From NCBI GenBank assembly GCA_044220955.1, contig JBGAQA010000069.1, forward strand, positions 1 through 36,863: DNA of 36,863 bases, read 5' to 3'. Of this stretch, positions 28,890 through 36,863 are shown piece after piece. The stretch is from Sandaracinaceae bacterium. Lineage in GTDB: Bacteria > Myxococcota_A > Polyangia > Polyangiales > Sandaracinaceae. Below the pieces are notes generated by a model. The model was not told where the DNA came from. It ran no database searches and worked only from the letters and a program-made list of their open reading frames with translations. Position 1 is the stretch's first letter, and every line of letters starts with the position of its first letter. The position numbers and the translations under genes were made by a program.

Positions 28890-31538
28890 CTAGGGGGCGG
28901 CCGGGATCGTGAAGCGGTCCTGGGCGTGCGCCTCCACGTCGGCGCGCACGAACGCGAGCGGGCGCGAGCGGCTCACCTGCCAGTCGGCGGAGAGATCGTC
29001 GAAGTGCGGGCTGTCGGGCTCGCCCGAGATGCCACGCGGGATGTTCACCACCGCGTCGGGCGTTCCGTCGGCCCGGAACTCCACCGCGAGCCGGAAGATC
29101 GAGCCGCCCGTCGAGTCGAGGCGGGGGCGGACGTCGCGCGCGTCGTCGAAGTACGAGGCGTCCGCGACGTTCACGGTCCCGAGCGAGCCGTCGGTCGGGA
29201 TCCACGGGCCGTCGAGGCGGCCGCCAGCGCCGCCCCAGATCCCGTCCATGCGCGTGCCGTGGACGTCCCCCCAGGTGTACGCGCTGCGGTCGGTGCTGCC
29301 GAAGCGCGCCGTCAGCTGCGACGCGACCGCGTCGAGCGCGTGCACGAACGCGTAGGTGCGCCCGCTGCCGAAGAACAGGTCGCCCGCGGGCGTCGTGTCG
29401 GCGACGACCATCGCGACGAGCTTCATGATGTACGTCGGGCTCTGGCTCATGATCGGGTCGAAGAGCACGCCCATGTCGTCGGCGATCACCTCGCGCGCCA
29501 GCTCGAACATGAACGCGTTGAACACGACGGCGTCGGACGAGCTCCGCTCCATGCGACCGTCCCAGCTGCGCAGACCTTCGACGAGCGCCGCGAGATCTGC
29601 GCGGGTCCGGAAGGGCGCGAGGGAGGCGTCGGTCGCCCGCCCGTCCCAGGCCGAGAGGAGCGGCGGCAGGAAGTTCCCGGTGAGCGTGAGGTACGTGTCG
29701 TCCTGGAGCGCCAGCATGTCGTCACGCGTGACGCCTCCGCGCGCGACGTAGCGCGTGACCTCGTCCTCGATGCGGCGGGCGCGGGTGCCCGGATCGAAGA
29801 AGACGCCGAAGTAGAGCGGGTCGCCGGTGATCGAGCCGTCGTTCATCACGCCGTAGGGCTCGTCGTTGGCCGTCACGATCCAGCCGCGCGCGCCGCCGTG
29901 GCTGTGCGGCAGGAGCGCGCTGCTCATGTACTGCCCGGTCCAGAGCGAGCCGACGTCGTCGCCGTCGAGGATGCGGTAGGGCGCCCGCACGTCGCTGAGC
30001 TCGCCCGCGCGCAGCGGGACCCAGGGAGCCGAGCGGTAGGTGATGCCGTGCGCGTCGGCCGCGACCCAGTTGAACGCGCCGAGGTGGCAGAAGTCGACGG
30101 CCGCCTCGAACTCGGCCGTGCTCGTGGCGGTGTCGAACCCGTGGAAGCCGACGATGTCGGTGCTCGGCTGCATGCCGGACCAGCGCATGAGGACGCGGCG
30201 CCCGGCGTAGAGCGGAAGCGGGAAGAACGAGTCGGGGATGAGCACGCCGGGCAGGGCAGGGACGTCCTCCATCACGACGTCGCGCGGCGTGGCCTCGCCG
30301 CGGACCCCGATGAGCTCGTGGCGCTCGACGAGCGGGTACTCGACGCCGCCGTACGAGACCGTCCGGCTCGCGCCGGTGCCGCGCACGCGAACGCCCCAGA
30401 GGTCGTTCCAGTCCGGGTACGTGGTCGTGGCCGTCCAGGCCACGTGCGCGTTGTGACCGAGCTCGATCGAGGGCGTGCCCACGAAGCTGAAGCCGATCAC
30501 GTCGAGCGAGCCGCCATGCTCGGCGCTGTTCATGTGGTGGGTCCACATCAGCGAGGGCGACTGCAGTCCCTGGTGTGGATCGCCCGCGAGCAGGGGGCGT
30601 CCGTTCGCGGTGTGCATACCGTCGATCGCCCAGTTGTTGCTCGCGCCGAGCGGGATTCCGCGGAAGTGCGCGAAGAACGCCCTGAAGCGCTGCGCGAGGT
30701 CGGCCGGCTCGGTCGGCGGCGTGATCGCTCCGCGCGGCGGCCGCAGCGGCGAGGCGTGGCCGGTCGTCGGGCGCTCCTCGGGGGGCAGCGTGTGGACGTG
30801 CTCGAGCGGCGCGAGGAAGGGCACCGCCGTCTCGAGCTCGGGAAGCAGGCGATGCAGGATGCTCTCGAGCGCGTCGTACTCGATCTGCTCGGCGTTGCCG
30901 AAGAGGATGAGCGTACCGACGGCCTGGGCGTCGAGCGGCGTCCAGTGCTCCGGCGCGAAGTCGAGCTCGGCGGGGCCGAAGCCGAAGGGTAGGGGCGCAT
31001 CGCCCGCCGCGATCTCGTCGATGCGCGCGTTCACGCCGGCACACCACGCGACCATGAGCCGGTAGATGTCCGGGTGATCGAGGAGCACGGCGCGGCGCGA
31101 GAGCTCGGCCCAGCGCGGGATGCCGAAGAGGCGGATCGTCTGGTCGTCGTCGAGCGAGCCCTCGCCGAGCACCTCGGCGCGGCGCCCGAGCGCGCGACGG
31201 CGCGTGAGGTCCATCTCGAAGAGGCGATCCGTCGCTTGCAGGTAGCCGCCCGCGTAGAACGCGTCCGCGTCGTTCTCGGCGTAGAGGTGCGGGATCCCCA
31301 TGTCGTCGCGGATGACCTCGATCGGAGCGCTCGGCCCGGCGTAGGTGGGCTCGGTGGGCAGCGCGCATCCGTCGGCGGTGGGCGTGACGCGGCAGTCGGT
31401 CCCCGCGTCGCTGCCCGCGTCGATCGCGCGCCCGCCGTCCATGCTGGCGTCGTCCGGCGGGGCGTTGCCGGAGTCGCAACCCGGCGTGGTGAGCGAGGTG
31501 AGAGCGAGCACGACCGCGATCGACATCCACGCGCGCAT
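28890..31538 (-). CDS. Penicillin acylase family Ntn-hydrolase (possible AHL acylase), predicted lipoprotein
   Basis: IRDDMGIPHLYA, QATDRLFEMD, autocleavage site GA|SNNW, LLAGDPH, IVTAN, GISGEPDSPHFDD; signal ending TPGC. Confidence 0.92.
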   Translation of the reverse strand: MRAWMSIAVVLALTSLTTPGCDSGNAPPDDASMDGGRAIDAGSDAGTDCRVTPTADGCALPTEPTYAGPSAPIEVIRDDMGIPHLYAENDADAFYAGGYLQATDRLFEMDLTRRRALGRRAEVLGEGSLDDDQTIRLFGIPRWAELSRRAVLLDHPDIYRLMVAWCAGVNARIDEIAAGDAPLPFGFGPAELDFAPEHWTPLDAQAVGTLILFGNAEQIEYDALESILHRLLPELETAVPFLAPLEHVHTLPPEERPTTGHASPLRPPRGAITPPTEPADLAQRFRAFFAHFRGIPLGASNNWAIDGMHTANGRPLLAGDPHQGLQSPSLMWTHHMNSAEHGGSLDVIGFSFVGTPSIELGHNAHVAWTATTTYPDWNDLWGVRVRGTGASRTVSYGGVEYPLVERHELIGVRGEATPRDVVMEDVPALPGVLIPDSFFPLPLYAGRRVLMRWSGMQPSTDIVGFHGFDTATSTAEFEAAVDFCHLGAFNWVAADAHGITYRSAPWVPLRAGELSDVRAPYRILDGDDVGSLWTGQYMSSALLPHSHGGARGWIVTANDEPYGVMNDGSITGDPLYFGVFFDPGTRARRIEDEVTRYVARGGVTRDDMLALQDDTYLTLTGNFLPPLLSAWDGRATDASLAPFRTRADLAALVEGLRSWDGRMERSSSDAVVFNAFMFELAREVIADDMGVLFDPIMSQSPTYIMKLVAMVVADTTPAGDLFFGSGRTYAFVHALDAVASQLTARFGSTDRSAYTWGDVHGTRMDGIWGGAGGRLDGPWIPTDGSLGTVNVADASYFDDARDVRPRLDSTGGSIFRLAVEFRADGTPDAVVNIPRGISGEPDSPHFDDLSADWQVSRSRPLAFVRADVEAHAQDRFTIPAAP

Positions 31539-31606
31539 GGCGCGCCAGGATACACGTGATCTCGGCACGCTGCGTCGATGCGGCGGGTCGGGCCGCGTGT
31601 CGGCCC

Positions 31607-32371
31607 TCAGAACGCAGCGCCGACCATGCCCACGAGGTCGACGAAGGTCACGCTCTGCACGACGAAGAAGCCCACGCGGATCGCGAGCTCCACGCCGTCG
31701 AAGCGGAAGCGCGCGTCCCCGTCGCCACCGAGGTCGTACGTGACCCCCGTCGTGCCGCCGATCACGCCGCCGCGAAGGGCGATCGCGCCGGTGCAGGTGA
31801 CGAGACGATCCTGGCAGAACAGGCCGTAGAGCCCGATGCGGGCGCCGCCGAGGCCCAGCACGTACTCGCCGACGACCTCACCGCCCGTCAGCGCGAACAG
31901 GATCGGGGCCACGTCGTGCGGCATCCACTCCCACTCCTGGATCAGCCGCAGCGACGCGATCGCCGTGCCCGCCGTCGCGGCGGAGGCACCGACGCCGAGG
32001 CGCAGGCGCCACTCGGGCTCGGGGGGAGGGCCGAGCGTGAGGGGCTCGTCGAGCAGCGGATCGGGCTCGGCTGGCGGGCGCGGCGCGGGTGGGGGGAAGA
32101 CGGCGGCGGAGAGCCGGGGGTCGGCGCGGCGCTCGCTCTCGGCCTCGCTCTCGGCCTCGCTCTCGCTCTCCGCCTCGCTCTCGCTCTCGGCCTCGCTCTC
32201 GGCCTCGCTCTCGCTCTCGCTCTCGACCTCGCTCTGGCCGGGCACCTCACTCGTCGTAGCCGTCGCGGGCGCCGTCGCGGCATCGGCAGGCACGCCCGCG
32301 TCCGCCTGCGCCTCCACGGCCGTCGGGACGAAACAGAGCACGCCGAAGGAGACGAAGACGAGTGTCCGCAC
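31607..32371 (-). CDS. Hypothetical exported protein, possible small beta-barrel with acidic linker
   Basis: Signal peptide ending VEA-Q; (ESEA)n tract; amphipathic beta strands; terminal Phe (VGAAF). Confidence 0.7.
   Translation of the reverse strand: MRTLVFVSFGVLCFVPTAVEAQADAGVPADAATAPATATTSEVPGQSEVESESESEAESEAESESEAESESEAESEAESERRADPRLSAAVFPPPAPRPPAEPDPLLDEPLTLGPPPEPEWRLRLGVGASAATAGTAIASLRLIQEWEWMPHDVAPILFALTGGEVVGEYVLGLGGARIGLYGLFCQDRLVTCTGAIALRGGVIGGTTGVTYDLGGDGDARFRFDGVELAIRVGFFVVQSVTFVDLVGMVGAAF
32132..32233 (-). repeat. Hexamer microsatellite (GAGAGC/GAGGCC)n
   Basis: Encodes SEVESESESEAESEAESESEAESESEAESEAESE. Confidence 0.9.
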
Positions 32372-32439
32372 GTGCTCGCAGCATAGACACCGGGGGCCGA
32401 CCTGCCATTCGAACCGTTCGCGGGCTATATGTGCGCCGC

Positions 32440-32997
32440 GTGGTGCGCCAGCTGCCGACCCTCGACCCCCGGAAGGAAGGCCTGGGGCGCCCGACGATCA
32501 TGGATCGCGCGCTCGCGCAGCAGTACGGCGTGCCCTACGTGCACCTCGCGGTGTTCGCCATCGACGTCGATCGCGTGCGCGAGTGGCTCGAAGACGCCGA
32601 GCAGGACGACGCACTGCCGATGGGCTGGGAGGTCTTCCTCACCGAGCGCTATCTCGACGCGCACCTCGACGCGTCGACCGAGGCCGGGCGCGCGATGATC
32701 GAGGACGTCGTTCTCGCCGTCTTCGATCTGCCCCCGAGCGACGACGTGGTCTTCGGCTCGCAGCTGCCCTTCGCGGTCTGGCACGCGGTCGTGCGCGGTG
32801 CGCTCCCGCTCTCGCTCGACGGTGCGTTCCGCGCCTGGAAGACCCGCCCCAAGGAGCTGGGCGCCGAGCTCGACCGTCTCTACGCGTCGAAGGACGAGCG
32901 GACGCGCGCCCTGGCGCGGCGCTGTCTCGACACGCCGCTCGAGCCCCCGCTCGCGCCTCCCGCGCTCGCCGCGCTCGAGGCGCTCGCGGCGGGTTGA
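32440..32997 (+). CDS. Hypothetical protein
   Basis: ORF with strong GC3 bias (VRQLPTLDPRKEGLGRPTIMDRALAQ...). Start uncertain among GTG 32431/32440/32443. Confidence 0.7.
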   Translation: MVRQLPTLDPRKEGLGRPTIMDRALAQQYGVPYVHLAVFAIDVDRVREWLEDAEQDDALPMGWEVFLTERYLDAHLDASTEAGRAMIEDVVLAVFDLPPSDDVVFGSQLPFAVWHAVVRGALPLSLDGAFRAWKTRPKELGAELDRLYASKDERTRALARRCLDTPLEPPLAPPALAALEALAAG

Positions 32998-33032
32998 CGC
33001 GCTCTCGATCCAGCAGACATAAGGTCCCGAGC

Positions 33033-34073
33033 ATGCATCCGATCCTCTTCGAGATCCCGACACCGTGGGGCCCCCAGCCGATCTTCTCGTACGGCGTGAT
33101 GCTCGGCTCCTCGATGATCGCCGCCTGGTACGTCGTGATGTGGCTCGGCGAGCGCGACGGGATGAACAAGGACGTCCTCGCGAACGGGTTCATCACCGCC
33201 GCCGTCTCGGCCATCGTCGGCGCGCGCCTGCTCTACATCCTCACGAACCCGGACGAGTTCACCAGCATCGCCACCTGGTTCAACCTGCGCGCGGGTGGGC
33301 TCGTCGCGTACGGCGGCTTCCTCGGCGGCTTCTTCGGCTCGCTCGCGTACTTCCGCTACAAGGGGGTCCCGCTCCTGCGCTTCGCCGACGTGACCGCGCC
33401 GACGCTCGCGCTCGGCCTCGGGCTCACGCGCATCGGGTGCTACCTCTACGGATGCGACTTCGGCGCGCGCCTCGAGGACGACGCCCCGGACTGGCTCGTA
33501 CGGCTCGGCACCTTCCCGCACTGGGCCAACGACGAGGGCTCGCCCGCGTGGAGCCACCACGTCGCCGAGTACGATCTGCCCTTCGACTCGGCGCACTCCT
33601 ACGCGGTGCACCCGACCCAGATCTACGAGTCGCTCGCCGGCTTCGTGCTCTGCACGATCACGGTCCTCGTGTGGCGCCGGCGCGAGTTCTACGGTCAGGT
33701 GCTCCTCGCGCTCGCGATGGCGTACGGCCTCTGGCGCTTCGGCATCGAGTACGTCCGCGACGACCCCGAGCGCGGCTTCTTCGCCGGGTTCTCGACGTCG
33801 CAGCTCATCTCGCTCGCGATCGTCCCGATCGCGGGCTTCTTCTACTTCAAGCAGCGCGCCGAGCACCGCGCTCGGCCCACGAGCGTCTACAAGCTCGACT
33901 TCGCCTCCGCGCCCGCGGCCGTCCCGGCCGTGGCCGGCGGCGCGCCCGATCCGGACGGCGGCGACGACGACGAGGAAGACGAGAAGCCCAAGGCCGCCGC
34001 GCCCGCGCCGACCGAGTCGACCAAGCGACCGCCCGGCAAGAGCGGGCTGAAGAAGAAGCCGAAGAAGAAGTAG
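33033..34073 (+). CDS. lgt: Prolipoprotein diacylglyceryl transferase
   Basis: MHPILF..SYG, GARLLY, GGLVAYGG, RIGCYLYGCDFG, HPTQIYE, RFGIEYVR, SQLIS. Confidence 0.93.
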   Translation: MHPILFEIPTPWGPQPIFSYGVMLGSSMIAAWYVVMWLGERDGMNKDVLANGFITAAVSAIVGARLLYILTNPDEFTSIATWFNLRAGGLVAYGGFLGGFFGSLAYFRYKGVPLLRFADVTAPTLALGLGLTRIGCYLYGCDFGARLEDDAPDWLVRLGTFPHWANDEGSPAWSHHVAEYDLPFDSAHSYAVHPTQIYESLAGFVLCTITVLVWRRREFYGQVLLALAMAYGLWRFGIEYVRDDPERGFFAGFSTSQLISLAIVPIAGFFYFKQRAEHRARPTSVYKLDFASAPAAVPAVAGGAPDPDGGDDDEEDEKPKAAAPAPTESTKRPPGKSGLKKKPKKK

Positions 34074-34078
34074 CCCTG

Positions 34079-35512
34079 TCAGGGCGCTGGGGTGAACGCC
34101 GAGCGCGAGAAGCGGAAGAGGCCCGTGTCGGGCGCTGCCGCGCCGATGATGACGGCGACCTCGTCGTCGCTGACCCAGAGCGGGTTGCTGTCGAAGTGGA
34201 TCAGCAGCGGGACGCCCGAGTTCGGCAGGGTGATCCGGCTGCGGCTTCCGTCCGCGAGCGAGAGCAGATCGAGGATGCTCTGGTAGTGCGGGCTCGCCGG
34301 GATCTCGTACGCGTACCCGATCGCGTCGGGGCCGAGGACCGGGTGGAAGCCCTGGGAGTCGAGGAGCCCGCTGCGCAGCGTGCGCGGGTGAACGTCGGCC
34401 GCGTGGAGGGCGTAGGGAGACACGACGATCTCGCCCCCGCTCGGGACTCCGCTCGCATCGAAGGAGGTCGCGAGGAACCACGCCATGTTCACGCCGTCGG
34501 TCGTGAAGTTGCGGATGTCGGTGCCCGGCACTCCATCGATGAGAAGCTCGTCGGTGTCGTCGGCGCCCGACCGATAGATCCGGGTGTTGCAGTCGGCCGT
34601 CCCGCAGTAGTCCTCGTAGAACAGGTCGTCTCCGACGATGCGTTGCGGCGAGAGCGAGCCAGGTCTTTGGAGCCGACGCGGGTCGCCACCGCGCCAGATC
34701 AGCAGGTAGTCCGCAGGCGTGATCTCGGCGACGGTGACCGTCGATGACGTCGTCAGGTTCTCGCTCGCCTCGTCGGCGTGGAGCGAGTCGAAGATCGTCA
34801 CAGGGAGGGGATGGCTCCACCAGTCACTGTAGCCTCCGCGGAACATGTGGACGGGGTAGGGAGGCGCTGCGGTGGGACCGAAATCATCGAACTCATTGCT
34901 GGCCACGACGGCGTCGGGAGCTGCGGCCGTATGCCCAGGGCAGAGCACGCCGTCGCGAAGCCAGGCTTCCGCCATCGTGGACCGCACGGCCGAGACCACC
35001 GTTCCGTCCGTCGCGACGAGCACGCGATAGTCGATGAGCGGCGCGAAGCCGACCGGCGTCTGCGCTGCGACGAGCACGACGCCTCGCGCCCGCACGGGAT
35101 CCCAGAACGCGCCGTCGTGCTGGTAGTAGAACTGGAGGCCGGTGTTGGAGTCGATCCACGCGCTCGTGCACGGGCCAGGGATGAAGTCGAAGCAGGTGTC
35201 CCAGGTCATGGAGAGCACGCACTCGGGGTGCGAGGCGTACTCGACATAGCAAGCATCCGGCATGTCCGGGAAGCGGACCCAGCCCGGATCGCAGAAGCCG
35301 GCGTCCGTGTTCGTATCGGGCGAACGCGACGCGTCGGTGCCGACATCGCGCCCGGCGTCGCGCCCGGCGTCGCGTGCGTGGGCATCGAGCCCCGCGTCGA
35401 TGGAGGCGTCCGCGCCGCCGTCGCCGCCCGGCGTGCCGCTGCACGCGCCGACGGCGGCGAGGACGACGGCGATGCGGGCGAGCGGGCGCACGACCTCAAG
35501 GACGGAGCGCAT
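34079..35512 (-). CDS. Hypothetical lipoprotein (possible beta-propeller)
   Basis: IAVVLAAVGAC lipobox; DAG linker; beta-rich mature part. Start overlaps the upstream ORF end by 17 nt. Confidence 0.7.
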   Translation of the reverse strand: MRSVLEVVRPLARIAVVLAAVGACSGTPGGDGGADASIDAGLDAHARDAGRDAGRDVGTDASRSPDTNTDAGFCDPGWVRFPDMPDACYVEYASHPECVLSMTWDTCFDFIPGPCTSAWIDSNTGLQFYYQHDGAFWDPVRARGVVLVAAQTPVGFAPLIDYRVLVATDGTVVSAVRSTMAEAWLRDGVLCPGHTAAAPDAVVASNEFDDFGPTAAPPYPVHMFRGGYSDWWSHPLPVTIFDSLHADEASENLTTSSTVTVAEITPADYLLIWRGGDPRRLQRPGSLSPQRIVGDDLFYEDYCGTADCNTRIYRSGADDTDELLIDGVPGTDIRNFTTDGVNMAWFLATSFDASGVPSGGEIVVSPYALHAADVHPRTLRSGLLDSQGFHPVLGPDAIGYAYEIPASPHYQSILDLLSLADGSRSRITLPNSGVPLLIHFDSNPLWVSDDEVAVIIGAAAPDTGLFRFSRSAFTPAP

Positions 35513-36863
35513 CGCTGAGCTCCGCACGGTGCGCGGTCCGGAAGTCGGAGGGACGATACCCGATCGTGCGCGCGCGCCCCCGGCCGTGCACGGCGAGCGT
35601 GAGCCCGAGGCGCGAGGCCGCGAGCTGCGGCGCGGCCAGCGCACCGGCGCCACGCGTGACGGATACGGCGCGCGCCGGGGTGACGGATGCGTCGACGAGC
35701 AGGACGACGTGCTCGCCGTGCGAGCTCCTCACGAGGTAGAGGTTGCCGCCGGGGTCCTCGGCGAGCGCGAAGGCCGCGCTCGTGCGATCGTCGCCGTCGC
35801 CCTCCCAGCGCGCAAGCTCGGTGAGCCCGGGCGCGTCGCGGCCAGTCCCGTCCACCGGCACCACGCTCAGGCGGATCGAAGGTCGCCCGTCGCAGCAGTC
35901 GTGGTGTCCGTCGTCGCGGCCGCGATCGTCATGCCCGTGCCCATCGGCCCCGTCCCAGCGCGGGCACACGACCCCGACGTCATCGATCACGAAGAGGGCG
36001 CGCCGCGACGGACTGTACGTCGCCGCCAGGACCGAGCCGAGCGTCGTGTCGCCGAGCGGCACGAGGGCGGTGTCCACGCCACCGAGCGGGAGCGCGGTGA
36101 TGACCGGGAAGTGCAGGCCATCGGTGACACCGATCGCGTAGAGCGTCGAGCGCGTGGCCGACAGGACGGGGACACCGGGCGACGGTGGAGGATCGACCGC
36201 GAGGGCGATGCACTGCTGCTGCTCGCAGGGGCTCGGAGCGGCGCAGCCACTCGGCCCGCACGCGGCGCGCTCGGTGAAGCCCGCCGGCCCGAGCGCGAGC
36301 ACGTGCGCGGCACCGCCCGTCGAGTCGATCGCGGCGTAGCGGATGCTCGACGGGCCGAGCCACTCCTCCGGCTCCGCTGCGGCGACCCAACGGAGCGCGG
36401 GGTCCGCGATCGGCACGGTGCGGAACACCTCGCTCGCCGCGACGCGCGCGCCCGCGATGTCGAGCACGGGATCGCCGGGGCTCGTCGGCGCCCCGGGAAC
36501 GATCGCGATGAAGCTGCCCGGGAAGCTCGACACGCACTCGAGGCAGATCGGGCCGCCCATCCAGGGCCCGAGGTAGCGCGCCGTGTCCCCGAGCGACGGC
36601 AGCGGCGGGACCACGAGGAAGCGCGGCAGCGCGATGGCCCCGCTCCAGTAGTGGCTCGTGAGCAGGCGGCTCGGGGCGCCGGGGACCAGCGCGGGAGCGA
36701 AGTCCACGCTCGCGTCGCGCGGGCCCGGCGTGTGCGTCCAGAGCACGCCCGCGCGCGGCGTGGGCGAGGCGCTGCACATCGCGCCGATGCAGCTCGAGCC
36801 CGCGGCGCATGCGCCGCTACAGCTTCCGCTCGCACACGTCTCACCCGGCGCGCAGTCGTGGTC
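35496..36863 (-). CDS. Hypothetical Cys-containing extracellular protein, C-terminal part (5' beyond window)
   Basis: Frame open to the window end (DHDCAPGETCASGSCSGAC...); His/Asp-rich loop GHGHDDRGRDDGHHDCCD. Confidence 0.65.
   Translation of the reverse strand, partial: DHDCAPGETCASGSCSGACAAGSSCIGAMCSASPTPRAGVLWTHTPGPRDASVDFAPALVPGAPSRLLTSHYWSGAIALPRFLVVPPLPSLGDTARYLGPWMGGPICLECVSSFPGSFIAIVPGAPTSPGDPVLDIAGARVAASEVFRTVPIADPALRWVAAAEPEEWLGPSSIRYAAIDSTGGAAHVLALGPAGFTERAACGPSGCAAPSPCEQQQCIALAVDPPPSPGVPVLSATRSTLYAIGVTDGLHFPVITALPLGGVDTALVPLGDTTLGSVLAATYSPSRRALFVIDDVGVVCPRWDGADGHGHDDRGRDDGHHDCCDGRPSIRLSVVPVDGTGRDAPGLTELARWEGDGDDRTSAAFALAEDPGGNLYLVRSSHGEHVVLLVDASVTPARAVSVTRGAGALAAPQLAASRLGLTLAVHGRGRARTIGYRPSDFRTAHRAELSDALRP

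Overview
Very high-GC bacterial chromosomal window with the protein repertoire typical of Myxococcota (Polyangiales/Sandaracinaceae-like; taxon inferred from Cys-rich lipoproteins, Asp-Ala-Gly linkers and codon style). I call about 25 tightly packed CDSs plus one gene fragment. Metabolic and housekeeping genes: hydroxyacid-oxoacid transhydrogenase (partial), acyl-CoA thioesterase, fused 2-oxoacid dehydrogenase E1 alpha/beta, alpha/beta hydrolase, L,D-transpeptidase, atypical Hsp70, EamA transporter, GMC long-chain alcohol oxidase-like protein, penicillin/AHL acylase and lgt. These are interleaved with about 10 predicted lipoproteins, several of them Cys-rich modular surface proteins. I saw no rRNA, tRNA, CRISPR array or mobile element. 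The most notable signals are: (i) TAnnnT -10 boxes 6-9 nt upstream of many start codons that lack a Shine-Dalgarno, suggesting pervasive leaderless mRNAs, including back-to-back mini-promoters; (ii) two paralogous lipoproteins with a shared N-terminal domain but different Cys-rich C-termini carrying disintegrin-like or TSP1-like motifs; (iii) a shared D-[AG]-G linker in most exported proteins; (iv) a double Zn-ribbon/HExxH membrane protease coupled to a lipoprotein; (v) palindromic operator candidates, an orphan wHTH regulator remnant and Glu-Ser hexamer microsatellites. All calls come from reading the sequence by eye; no searches were run.
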